Shown one piece after another: positions 16,441 through 26,689 of a stretch of DNA of 64,000 nt (position 1 is its first letter; every line of letters starts with the position of its first letter). A program made the translations under genes and the position numbers. The DNA comes from a virus. Its lineage: Duplodnaviria; Heunggongvirae; Uroviricota; Caudoviricetes. Where the stretch lies: the IMG/VR virus record IMGVR_UViG_3300042402_002792. The stretch is one strand, 5' to 3'. The notes beneath the pieces are model-generated. The model did not search any database. It saw only the letters and a list, made by a program, of their open reading frames with translations, and had not been told where the DNA came from.

Positions 16441-19400
16441 ATGTCACAATTAGGTCGCATCAGCGGTCAACTTCTTAAAGACAATCTTACACGTCAAGGC
16501 ACAGATCTTGCCCTTGATACAGACTTATTATATCTAAATGTTAACTCAAGATATGTTAGCATTAACACCGATATAACTAGTAAACCGTTATTTGTCAACG
16601 GTGAATTTTATAGTACAAATTTTAATACTACTAGTATAGATGGCATTACCAGTTTTAATTTAGATTTTGTTGCTAATAGTATTATTAGTCAAAATAATTT
16701 AAACTTAGTTGCTTCAACTTATGTTTTTGCAGATAATATTAGAACTGATAACATTAGTATTGACAACAACAGTATTGTTACTTTACAAAGTAACTCAAAT
16801 TTAGAACTTAGGCCTAACGGTGTTGGCACTGTTGAGATTCAAAGTAATACAAACATTACTGGAAATTTAACTGCTACAGGCAGTATTACCTTAGACGGTA
16901 ATATTATATTTGGTGACTCAGACACCGATAATGTAACTTTTTTAGCAGACATTAATACCGATATTATTCCTGATCAAAATGAATTTTATAATTTAGGTAC
17001 TAACTTAAAGCGTTGGAACACAGTATACCCTGAACTTGTAAACGGCGAAGAAATAACATCTTTAGAAATGTTATCAGGCGGTGTTAACCTAGCACTACGT
17101 CAAGGTAACATATGGTATGTTGCCGCTAATGGCAGCAACAGCAACGTTGGCGACCATCAAAGCGGTCCATTTGCTACCATTGCCAAAGCACTTAGTGAAG
17201 CCACTGCCGGTGATACAGTTTTTATCTATCCAGGTACATACACTGAAATTACACCTTTGACTGTGCCAGCAGGAGTTAGTGTTCGAGGATTTGACTTACG
17301 CTCAGTTAATATTATACCAGACTCAACAACTACTAGCGAAAATATATTTTTGCTTAACGGCGAAACTACAGTCAGTGATTTAACTATTAAGAATTTTTAT
17401 TACGACAGTGTTAACGACACAGGTTATGCATTTAGTTTTGCTCCTGGTATGACTGTAACAAGTCGTAGTCCCTACGTTCAAAATATCACAGTATTAACAC
17501 AAGGCACAACAATTACAGTAGATGATCCAAGAGGATTTGCCAGCGGTGATGCAGGCCGTGGTGCCAAAGTTGACGGAAGTTTAGCCACTGCCGTTAGCAA
17601 AGAAGCATCAATGTTGTTCCACAGTGTAACATTCATTACTCCGGGCGTTGATGCACTAGTAATGACCAACGGTGTGCGTGTTGAATGGTTAAATTCATTT
17701 ACATATTTTGCCAACAGAGGCTTGTATGCTACACAAGGCACACTTGGACTAGCAAGTTTAGATGTTAGATTTGGCGCTGAGATTCGAAGCATTGGCTCAG
17801 CTAACGTCTATGGTAACTACGGTGCAGAAGCTGATGGTGCAAGTACATTAATGTACTTGATACAACACAACTTTGCATACATTGGTGCAGGCAAAGATGT
17901 TACCAACGATCCCAGTCTTAATATATCGGCCAACGAGACTATTGAACTAGGTGGCGGAAAAATATATTATCAAAGTTTAGATAACAAGGGCAATTTCAAA
18001 GTAGGTGATGCGTTTGGAGTTAGTTTTGAAACCGGTCGTGTAACTATTAGCGGTATAGGAGTTGGTGCAGGGGGTGTTACTAGTATTACTCTTGCTAACG
18101 GAACAGACGAAACTGTTATCGATGCTACTGAAGTTTTAGTAAACAACATTAGATTTAGTGGTAATACTTTATCCAGTATATACGGTGATGTTAATTTAGA
18201 TTCGGCAACTAATGAACTAAACACTACTAATAATGTTACAGCAATTAATGATATAGATATTACTGGAGATTTTACAGTTGACGGTATGCTTACAATTGGT
18301 AATGCATTTATCGATGTTGTAGAATTTGTTGCACCTGTTGATTACGGGCTACGTGCAATTATTGACAATACTCACAGTTTAGGAAACAGTACTAAGCGTT
18401 GGGATGATGTAATTGTTTTTGATTCATATATCGGTAACTTAAAAGTTTCTGATAATGTAATCACAACACTAGATTCAAATGCTGATTTAGAATTAAGAGC
18501 CGACGGCACTGGTAGAATTTATGTACCAGTTGATAATGTTGAGTTTGATCAAAACTTAACTATTAACGGAACTAGCTACACAAAAAATATTTCTCTAATT
18601 GGTTCTCTACTTCAAGCTGGAAATATACAAAGAACTGGGGACACAACAACTGGTAATTATACTCAGATAGGTAATCAAACTTTTAATGGTAACGGATTGT
18701 ATGATGATGTTTTAGTTACTGGAAATAGTATAACAAGTTCATCAAGCAATGCTAATTTAGTACTAGATGCAGCAGGTACCGGTCGAATCTACATTCCATT
18801 TTCAGATGTACAGGTTATCAATGATTTTGTTGTAGAAGGATTATTAGATGGATCTATTGCTTCAGTAACAACATCAACAACTGCTCAAACATATTCAAAT
18901 AATAATATTTCTATTGGCACAAACATTATTCAAACTACTGTAAGTAATAGTGATCTAGAATTAAGAGCAGCAGGCACTGGTAGAATTTATGTACCAGTTG
19001 ATAATGTTGAGTTTGATCAAAACTTAACGGTTAATGACACTGCAAATTTAGATAATACAAATATTACAGGATTACTAGATTATACAGGAAATATTACAAG
19101 AACAGGCACAACTACACAAATTGGTAATCAAATTATTACTGGAGATTTAACAGTATCAAGTAATGTAGATTTTGGTGACATTGAATTCATCAACAATAGG
19201 TTAATAACTACTAGATCAAATAGCGATTTAGAATTTAAGACAGCAGGGTCAGGCGTAGTTAAATTTATTAGTCCTACAAGATTTGAACAAGCAGCTACTT
19301 TTAATAACGTCTTTACTAGTAACATTACAAATTCTAATACTGTTACTTCAAATATATTCTACAACGGTAACATTGAATTTTATGATAACAATTTAAGAAC

Positions 19401-20682
19401 AACAAATTCAAACAGTGATCTAGTACTGCTGGCTAATAATACCGGTACGATTAGCATGCCATTAGATCCCTTAGTGTTAGGTCAGGATTTTACAGTAACA
19501 TTATCTAGCACATTAAAAAATACAACAATAAATGGATTATTACAGCATGTCGGTGCAACAGTACAAACAGGTAATAATACTCAAACTGGAAATTTTGTAC
19601 TTACTGGAGACTTAACAGTAGGTAACGACGCATATTTTGAAAATGTTAACTTCATTAATAATCAAATAACAACTGTAAATTCTAATAGTAATTTAGAATT
19701 ACGTGCAGCAGGTGCTGGAGCAGTTATTATCAATGATAATTTAATTCTAGGGCAAGGATTAACAGTTACAGGATTATCGAGCACAGTTACTATTAGCAAT
19801 AGTGCGTTAATAACTTCAGAAAAATTTGTTAATAACGATATACTAATTCAAGACAACTATATTACTACAACTCAAAGTAATAGTAATTTAGTTTTATCTG
19901 GAGAATTAACAGGCGGTCCTAGACTAGAACGCATTAAATTTGACAATAATACAATAAGCACTACTACAGGAAATGAAAATGTTGTCATACAAGGTACAAC
20001 AAACAACATAATTTTTAATACTATAAGTGCAGTAAAAATACCAACTGGTACTAATGCCCAACGTCCTACACTAGCGCAAGCAGATTTAAGATTTAATACT
20101 ACCGAAACACTATTCAACGGTTATAGTGGAGCAAAAGTTACTTTTGGCGGAGTATACAGTGCAGATCAAAGAACAAATTTAACAGCTCATCCTACAAATA
20201 ACACACTTAACTTTGTAGCTAATTTAATTCCGTCAGCAACAATTTCTAGCACAGGCATTAATTTAAACGGGTTATCTACTGATAATAATTTACTGTTTAA
20301 CGGAAATACAATTAGCTCACAGTCTTTAAATTCTGATATTTTCTTTACTACTAATGGAACAGGTCAGGTTAAAATTGACGACTTAGGTGTTCGAAGTAAT
20401 CAGTTTAATAATTTAAACACTACACAACCTTTAATACTACAAAATACCGGATTTGGTTACATACAGTTCGCTGGCACAGGTGGACTAGTTATTCCTGCAG
20501 GTGATATTAGCCAACGTCCATTAAATCCTGAAACTGGAGATATTCGTTGGAACAATGAAGACGAACAGGCAGAAGTTTTCAATGGTACTCAATATCAGTC
20601 ATTCCAGGGAGATTCTGGTACAACGCTTACAGGTGAAGAAGTTGAAGATGTAACTAATCTTTGGGCTCTTATACTAGGCTAA
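16441..20682 (+). CDS. Giant fibre-like virion protein (1413 aa): beta-helix/pectin-lyase-like domain plus repeated shaft
   Basis: WYVAANGS..GPFATI..AL...GDTVFIYPGTY, RSPYVQN, and repeated SNSDLELRAAGTGRIYVP.DNVEFDQ units. Confidence 0.75.
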   Translation: MSQLGRISGQLLKDNLTRQGTDLALDTDLLYLNVNSRYVSINTDITSKPLFVNGEFYSTNFNTTSIDGITSFNLDFVANSIISQNNLNLVASTYVFADNIRTDNISIDNNSIVTLQSNSNLELRPNGVGTVEIQSNTNITGNLTATGSITLDGNIIFGDSDTDNVTFLADINTDIIPDQNEFYNLGTNLKRWNTVYPELVNGEEITSLEMLSGGVNLALRQGNIWYVAANGSNSNVGDHQSGPFATIAKALSEATAGDTVFIYPGTYTEITPLTVPAGVSVRGFDLRSVNIIPDSTTTSENIFLLNGETTVSDLTIKNFYYDSVNDTGYAFSFAPGMTVTSRSPYVQNITVLTQGTTITVDDPRGFASGDAGRGAKVDGSLATAVSKEASMLFHSVTFITPGVDALVMTNGVRVEWLNSFTYFANRGLYATQGTLGLASLDVRFGAEIRSIGSANVYGNYGAEADGASTLMYLIQHNFAYIGAGKDVTNDPSLNISANETIELGGGKIYYQSLDNKGNFKVGDAFGVSFETGRVTISGIGVGAGGVTSITLANGTDETVIDATEVLVNNIRFSGNTLSSIYGDVNLDSATNELNTTNNVTAINDIDITGDFTVDGMLTIGNAFIDVVEFVAPVDYGLRAIIDNTHSLGNSTKRWDDVIVFDSYIGNLKVSDNVITTLDSNADLELRADGTGRIYVPVDNVEFDQNLTINGTSYTKNISLIGSLLQAGNIQRTGDTTTGNYTQIGNQTFNGNGLYDDVLVTGNSITSSSSNANLVLDAAGTGRIYIPFSDVQVINDFVVEGLLDGSIASVTTSTTAQTYSNNNISIGTNIIQTTVSNSDLELRAAGTGRIYVPVDNVEFDQNLTVNDTANLDNTNITGLLDYTGNITRTGTTTQIGNQIITGDLTVSSNVDFGDIEFINNRLITTRSNSDLEFKTAGSGVVKFISPTRFEQAATFNNVFTSNITNSNTVTSNIFYNGNIEFYDNNLRTTNSNSDLVLLANNTGTISMPLDPLVLGQDFTVTLSSTLKNTTINGLLQHVGATVQTGNNTQTGNFVLTGDLTVGNDAYFENVNFINNQITTVNSNSNLELRAAGAGAVIINDNLILGQGLTVTGLSSTVTISNSALITSEKFVNNDILIQDNYITTTQSNSNLVLSGELTGGPRLERIKFDNNTISTTTGNENVVIQGTTNNIIFNTISAVKIPTGTNAQRPTLAQADLRFNTTETLFNGYSGAKVTFGGVYSADQRTNLTAHPTNNTLNFVANLIPSATISSTGINLNGLSTDNNLLFNGNTISSQSLNSDIFFTTNGTGQVKIDDLGVRSNQFNNLNTTQPLILQNTGFGYIQFAGTGGLVIPAGDISQRPLNPETGDIRWNNEDEQAEVFNGTQYQSFQGDSGTTLTGEEVEDVTNLWALILG
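18505..19028 (+). repeat. 56-bp perfect direct repeat (18505-18560 and 18973-19028) in the fibre shaft
   Basis: GGCACTGGTAGAATTTATGTACCAGTTGATAATGTTGAGTTTGATCAAAACTTAAC occurs twice, 468 bp apart. Confidence 0.9.
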
Positions 20683-20695
20683 AAACCAAAACGGC

Positions 20696-20825
20696 TAAAT
20701 ACTTGTGATTACGAAAATGACCGATTTTCGTATGGTTAAACTGTGGTAAACCAGCAAAGAGCCTTCGGGATGCGGACTTGATCCAAACTAGGTTAACCGT
20801 GTAACACGGGGTCTAAGGAGAGCGC
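20696..20825 (+). promoter_or_regulatory. Late promoter (TAAATA 20696-20701) plus structured ~120-nt 5' leader
   Basis: Hairpins TACGAAAAT/ATTTTCGTA (20710-20732), CC-TTCG-GG and CCGTG-TAA-CACGG (20797-20809), followed by AAGGAG. Confidence 0.6.
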
Positions 20826-23800
20826 ATGAGTCAGCTTGGTCGTATTTCTGGTCAACTTCTAAAAGAAAATCTAACTCGCAACGGCCACGATTTAACATTT
20901 GACAATGACCTGCTACACTTAGACGTAACAAATCGCAGAGTAGGTATAAAGAAAACAAATCCTGCCTACGAGCTAGACGTAAACGGAACTACCCAAACAA
21001 CAGATCTACGTGTTAGCGGTACAGCTAATATTGGAGATTTAACTATCACTGGTGAAACAATCACCAGCAATACTGGTACACTAAATCTTACAAACGGTAC
21101 TGGTGATCTAATAACATATCAAAATAAACTACGTGTTGATAGTATTGATATTGAAAATAACGTAATCAGCACAAACTCTAGCAATACAAATTTAATAATT
21201 AATCCAGCTGGTACTGGATCTTTAGAAATTTTTGCTAACACTAATGTTTATGGTGATATCTATGCTACGGGAAATATTCGTGCAGACGGAAACATCACAA
21301 TTGGTGATGCAAATACAGATAACATTACAATAAATGCCGATATTGCTAGTAACATTATACCTAACATTAATGATACTTACACGTTAGGAAATTCTAGTTT
21401 TAGATGGAAAGACTTGTGGGTTAAGAACATCTACGCTGATGCTATCGACACAGGCTCTGCTATTATTGACGGTGTTACAATAAACTTAGTTCAAGGCAAT
21501 ATATATTATGTTGCGTCAAACGGTAGCGACACAAATTTAGGTGAACATCAAAACGACCCAGTAGCTACAATCAAACATGCGTTAACATTAGCTAGTGCAG
21601 GTGATACTGTTTATATCTATCCAGGCACTTATACTGAATTATTTCCATTAACTGTTCCAGCAGGAGTAACTGTTAAAGGTTCTGGTATTCGAGCTGTTAA
21701 AATTATTCCAGACTCAACAACTACAGGTGCAGATGCTTTCTTACTAAACGGTGAAACTACTGTTGAAGATTTAACCATAGCAGATTTTTATAGTCCTGGT
21801 TATGCGTTTAAATTTGCTACAGGTATGAATGTAACAAGTCGTAGTCCATATATTCGTAACATAACAGTTCTTACTAAAGGTACTACACTGACACTAAGCG
21901 ACCCTAGAGGTTTTGCTAGTGGTGATGCTGGTAAAGGTGCTTACATTGATGGTAGTGTAGTTAATGCAGCTAGTAAAGAAGCTAGTATGCTGTTCCATAG
22001 CGTAACGTTCTTATGTCCAGGCGTTGACACTATTGTAGCTACGAACGGTGTACGAATTGAATGGCTAAACTCGTTTACATATTTCTCAAATAGGAGTATG
22101 TATCTAACCAGCGGATCAACAGGTTTTGCTGGCGCAGGTTTAACAAGATTAAAATTACCAGTCGCTACTAGAACAGGAACATGGGCAGTAGGTAATACAG
22201 TTAGTTATTATGGTACTGATGGTGCAACTGTTTTAGCATCAGGAACAGTGGACAGCATTGACGGAGATTGGATTAACTTAACAGGTAAGGTTGTAGGATT
22301 TCAAATACCAGCCGACCGTGCTCCTAAAACAGTAACTCTTAATGGCGATGCAAAATTAAGTACAGCACAGAAAAAATTCGGTACAGCAAGTCTTGTGTTA
22401 GATGGTACTGGCGATTTTATTACATTAGGCAGTCAAGTTGACTTTGGATACGGTACCGGCGATTTTACTATTGAGTTTTTCTGGAGACCAACCGCTCTAG
22501 GAACTCCTCAAGTTTTACTAGATCAACGAACTGCTACTAATGATACCGCAGTGTATCTTGAAATGAATGCTGCTGGTAACATTAGATTATTTGTCAGTAA
22601 TGCTTATAGAATAACTTCAAGTGTGGCATGTACTGCCGGTGCGTGGAATCATATTGCGTTATTTAGAACTAGCGGTGTAACAACACTAGCAGTTAACGGA
22701 ACAATAACTCCAACTACTTATACAGATACAAATAACTATCCAGCAAGACCGTTTAGGTTAGGTGCAACTTGGACCGGTAGTGCATTATGTACAGGATACT
22801 TCGACGAGCTAAGAGTTGTTAAAGGTGTAACCAAATATACAACATCAGTAACAGTTCCTACAACACAATTTTTAGCAGATACTTCTACAGTATTACTATT
22901 ACACTTTAATGGATTAAACAACAGTACAAACGTTGTCGATGATGGTGTTACCTTTGTAGACATTCGCAGTTCAGCTGGCGGCACCACAACCGACTTAGCT
23001 GTTGCTGATTACTCAGACTTTGGTGCAGAAGTTCGATCAATTGGCTCAGCAGCTATCTATGGCAACTATGGTATCTACGGCGACGGCGATGGCGTTATTG
23101 CCTACCTAATTGGACAAAACTTAGCCTACATTGGTAATGGCAAAGAAACTACAAACGATCCTAACACAGTTATACAAGCTAACGAAGTTGTAGAATTAAA
23201 TCGTGCAAAAATTTATTACAACAGCGTAGATCACAAAGGTGATTTTAGAGTTGGTGATTTATTCTATGTTAATCAAGCAACTGGTGAAGTTAGCTTTACA
23301 AACTCAGATGTTACTATTGGAACAAGTTTAACTTTTGATGATGGCGGCGGAAATATCACTTACATTGACGCTACTAAAATTGAAACTGGCGACTTTAGAA
23401 TCAGTGATAATACTATTGAAACTTTATCGTTAGATTTTAACATTGACGCTGCTAGTAACTTAATTAATTTAAACAGTAACGTAAATATTGCAGGAAATTT
23501 AGATGTTGCAGGTGATGTAACAGTTGGCGGCAATGTTGTAATTGGTAATCAAAATACTGATACTGTTAAATTTATAGCAGGTGTTAATAGTGATATTTTA
23601 CCTAAACTCGATGCTACTTATGATTTAGGTACAAATTTACTAAGATGGAAAACTCTGTTTACTACACAATTAGACAGCGGTGACATTAGAATTAGCACAA
23701 ACACAATTACAACATTTGCTAGTAACTCAGATCTAATATTACAATCAAGTGGCACTGGAAAAATTTATGTTCCAGGAAATAATGTTGAGTTTGATCAAAA

Positions 23801-25955
23801 TTTAACAGTTGACGGTACTACCTACTTAAAGAATACAGAAATTGTTGGAAACATTACGCAAACGGGCGATGTAACACAAACTGGTAATGTAACACAAACC
23901 GGTAACATTAACTTAACTGGTAATTTATCAATAACTGGTTGGACACAGTTTCCTGATATTAGAATTAGTGGCAATACTATTGAAACTACACAAAGCAATA
24001 GTGATTTAACTCTTGATGCTGCTGGCACTGGAAAAATTTATGTTCCATTTAGTGACGTACAGTTTGATCAAGATTTAACAGTTTTAGGTAATTTAGATGT
24101 CGGTAGTTTAACAGTCGACACTAGCATTACATCGTCTACAGCAACAATAGGCGATATTAAGATTGAAACAAATTACATTACTACACTAACTGGCAATGCG
24201 GATCTTGAATTACGTGCAGCAGGTACTGGTAGAATTTATGTACCTCAAGATAATGTTGAGATTGATAATAACTTAACCGTTAATGGTACAACTAATCTAT
24301 TAGATACAACCATTAATGGAACAGTAGTACATGTTGGTAATGTAACACAAACTGGCGATCTAAATCAAACTGGCAATACTAGTATTACTGGCAGTTTGAC
24401 AGTTAGCGATGTTGTACAATTTACTGATATTAAAATTAGTGGCAATACAGTTGAGACTACAATTGGCAATAATGACCTTAGACTGGAAGCAGCAGGTACT
24501 GGTAGAATTTATGTTCCATTAGACAATGTTCAAATGGACCAAACATTAACTGTAACTGGATTAACAACAACTAGTAATGTTACCAACAGCGGAACAATTA
24601 CATCATCTGTGTTTACTACAGGTGACATTAGAATTAATACAAATGTTATTACTACAACAATAACAAACAGTAATTTGGTTATTGAAGCAGCCGGTACAGG
24701 TATTATCAGTATGCCTAACAACGATGTTGTGTTAGGTAAGACTATTAATGTAACAGGTCTAAGTACACTAGCAGATACTAACATTACCGGAACATTGACA
24801 CATGTTGGCAATACTACTAGAACGGGAAATGTAAATCAAACCGGTAATTATAACTTAACTGGCAATTTGACTGTAACTAATGATGTACAGTTAGAAGACA
24901 TTAGAATTGCTGAGAATGAAATTAAAACTACTATAGGTAATAACAATCTTGTACTTAGCGCAGCAGGAACCGGATCAGTAACAGTACCAACTAATAATGT
25001 TCAACTTAATCAAAACTTATCTGTTACTGGAACAACTACGTCAACTAATATTGTTAACAGTGGACAAATAACATCTGGTTCTTATAGTACTGGTGATATT
25101 TTAATCAGCGGAAATACAATTAGAACAACGCAATCTAACAGCAATTTACAATTATTGGCTGCAGGTACAGGTTATATTCAGTTAGAACAGTTTGATGTAC
25201 AAGAAAATGTAATTAGAATTAACACAGGATCTGATTTAGTAATACAGCCAAACGGCACAGGTATTGTTAATATTGATTCTACACAAAGTTTAAAAATACC
25301 AGTAGGTGCTACAGGGGATAGACCTTTAACACCAGCTGCTGGTATGATTAGATTTAACAATCAGCTAAATCGATACGAAGGTTATAACGGTACAAATTGG
25401 ATTAGAATTGACGGTGTTGAAGACGCAGATGGTAACACTTATGTTACAGCAGAGTTAACACCCGGTGCTAACGATAATACATTTAGATTTGTAGTTAATG
25501 GTGTTCAAGTAGCAGATTTAAATAGTTCTAGATTTAACGTAACAGCAGTTGATGTTGATAGTATTAATATTGATAATAATGTAATTTCAACAACACCAAC
25601 AAACACTGATTTAATTGTAAGCCCTAACGGTTCTGGTGCTTTACGTATAGGTAATTTTAGTTTTAGATCAAACCTGATTACAAATACAGTAAATAATAGC
25701 ATTACCTTGTTTAATCAAACAGGCAGCGGTTATGTAAAGATTAATAGCACTGGAGGCTTTGTAATTCCGGTGGGTACTACAGAACAGCGTCCTGCACTAT
25801 TTGATGTTGGCATGATGCGCTTCAATTCTACAGATCAACGTGTAGAAATTTGGGATGGAGCATTATGGGTGGGCGCTGGACAGGGAGCCGGTGGTGGTGT
25901 ATCTGCTGCTGAAGCACAAGATATTGGTATTGTTAGCGCAATTATATTTGGATAA
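20826..25955 (+). CDS. Giant fibre-like virion protein (1709 aa), paralogue of 16441 with an inserted LamG/ConA-like domain
   Basis: Same MSQLGRISGQLLK start; GDFTIEFFW...WNHIAL...GYFDELRV...LLLHF LamG-like insert; shaft repeats. Confidence 0.75.
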   Translation: MSQLGRISGQLLKENLTRNGHDLTFDNDLLHLDVTNRRVGIKKTNPAYELDVNGTTQTTDLRVSGTANIGDLTITGETITSNTGTLNLTNGTGDLITYQNKLRVDSIDIENNVISTNSSNTNLIINPAGTGSLEIFANTNVYGDIYATGNIRADGNITIGDANTDNITINADIASNIIPNINDTYTLGNSSFRWKDLWVKNIYADAIDTGSAIIDGVTINLVQGNIYYVASNGSDTNLGEHQNDPVATIKHALTLASAGDTVYIYPGTYTELFPLTVPAGVTVKGSGIRAVKIIPDSTTTGADAFLLNGETTVEDLTIADFYSPGYAFKFATGMNVTSRSPYIRNITVLTKGTTLTLSDPRGFASGDAGKGAYIDGSVVNAASKEASMLFHSVTFLCPGVDTIVATNGVRIEWLNSFTYFSNRSMYLTSGSTGFAGAGLTRLKLPVATRTGTWAVGNTVSYYGTDGATVLASGTVDSIDGDWINLTGKVVGFQIPADRAPKTVTLNGDAKLSTAQKKFGTASLVLDGTGDFITLGSQVDFGYGTGDFTIEFFWRPTALGTPQVLLDQRTATNDTAVYLEMNAAGNIRLFVSNAYRITSSVACTAGAWNHIALFRTSGVTTLAVNGTITPTTYTDTNNYPARPFRLGATWTGSALCTGYFDELRVVKGVTKYTTSVTVPTTQFLADTSTVLLLHFNGLNNSTNVVDDGVTFVDIRSSAGGTTTDLAVADYSDFGAEVRSIGSAAIYGNYGIYGDGDGVIAYLIGQNLAYIGNGKETTNDPNTVIQANEVVELNRAKIYYNSVDHKGDFRVGDLFYVNQATGEVSFTNSDVTIGTSLTFDDGGGNITYIDATKIETGDFRISDNTIETLSLDFNIDAASNLINLNSNVNIAGNLDVAGDVTVGGNVVIGNQNTDTVKFIAGVNSDILPKLDATYDLGTNLLRWKTLFTTQLDSGDIRISTNTITTFASNSDLILQSSGTGKIYVPGNNVEFDQNLTVDGTTYLKNTEIVGNITQTGDVTQTGNVTQTGNINLTGNLSITGWTQFPDIRISGNTIETTQSNSDLTLDAAGTGKIYVPFSDVQFDQDLTVLGNLDVGSLTVDTSITSSTATIGDIKIETNYITTLTGNADLELRAAGTGRIYVPQDNVEIDNNLTVNGTTNLLDTTINGTVVHVGNVTQTGDLNQTGNTSITGSLTVSDVVQFTDIKISGNTVETTIGNNDLRLEAAGTGRIYVPLDNVQMDQTLTVTGLTTTSNVTNSGTITSSVFTTGDIRINTNVITTTITNSNLVIEAAGTGIISMPNNDVVLGKTINVTGLSTLADTNITGTLTHVGNTTRTGNVNQTGNYNLTGNLTVTNDVQLEDIRIAENEIKTTIGNNNLVLSAAGTGSVTVPTNNVQLNQNLSVTGTTTSTNIVNSGQITSGSYSTGDILISGNTIRTTQSNSNLQLLAAGTGYIQLEQFDVQENVIRINTGSDLVIQPNGTGIVNIDSTQSLKIPVGATGDRPLTPAAGMIRFNNQLNRYEGYNGTNWIRIDGVEDADGNTYVTAELTPGANDNTFRFVVNGVQVADLNSSRFNVTAVDVDSINIDNNVISTTPTNTDLIVSPNGSGALRIGNFSFRSNLITNTVNNSITLFNQTGSGYVKINSTGGFVIPVGTTEQRPALFDVGMMRFNSTDQRVEIWDGALWVGAGQGAGGGVSAAEAQDIGIVSAIIFG

Positions 25956-25961
25956 AACAAA

Positions 25962-26291
25962 ATGGCATCATTTTTTAGAAATAAAGTTATTAATGAATTA
26001 GGTACTACACAAATTACTGCTTTACAAACAGCAGCAAATAATCGCATGACTCTAATTGGTATGAGTTTTGCAAACTTAACTGGTAGTATTGTCTTACTCG
26101 ATGTTATTGTACAAGATGACAGCTCCACGCAAGGTTTTTATTGTCATCAAATGATGGTGCCTGCTAACAGTAGTTTGAGATTGATTAACGGGGGAGAAAA
26201 ATTAATTTTAGCTGAAAATAATGCACTACTTATACAAGCTAATATTTCTAACTCGTTAGATGTTATTATCAGTTATGTTGAATTAATTTAA
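25962..26291 (+). CDS. Small beta-rich virion protein (paralogue of 15554 and 45320)
   Basis: ANLT...VPANSSL...GEKLILAEN. Confidence 0.6.
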   Translation: MASFFRNKVINELGTTQITALQTAANNRMTLIGMSFANLTGSIVLLDVIVQDDSSTQGFYCHQMMVPANSSLRLINGGEKLILAENNALLIQANISNSLDVIISYVELI

Positions 26292-26302
26292 GGAATAAGA
26301 TT

Positions 26303-26674
26303 ATGTATTATGTAGGTATTGATGCTAGTATGGGGAATTTGCTAGGAGAAGGTAATCCTAGGTATTTCTATGCACTAAGAAGAGACGAAGAAGGCACATT
26401 ATATTTTGCTAAAATAGATCAGCTTACTGATACGGGTTTAGTTACAGTAAACAATTCTGGTTTAACTGAAAATGATTACCCTGACTTTGAATACGGAGTT
26501 GATTTTTTTGATGGTCGTTTAGAAGAAGACCATTCTAGACCGTATACAAACTTACAATGGGATCAATATCGTTGGGATAACAAACTAGCATTTTATTACA
26601 TCAATACAAACGGTGAATTAATTGTGAGAATTAATCAAAACTATGTTTACGATCCTTTACAGGTCGTTAGCTAA
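26303..26674 (+). CDS. Hypothetical virion-associated protein (123 aa)
   Basis: Co-oriented with the structural operon, SD TAAGGA; YFYALRR and YYINTNGEL.VRIN motifs. Confidence 0.65.
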   Translation: MYYVGIDASMGNLLGEGNPRYFYALRRDEEGTLYFAKIDQLTDTGLVTVNNSGLTENDYPDFEYGVDFFDGRLEEDHSRPYTNLQWDQYRWDNKLAFYYINTNGELIVRINQNYVYDPLQVVS

Positions 26675-26689
26675 TAAGGAAAGTTACAA

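Noticed and set aside
20741-20812. Definite c-di-GMP-I riboswitch
   Set aside because: Only partial motif similarity and no GAAA tetraloop stem; kept only as a structured-leader candidate.
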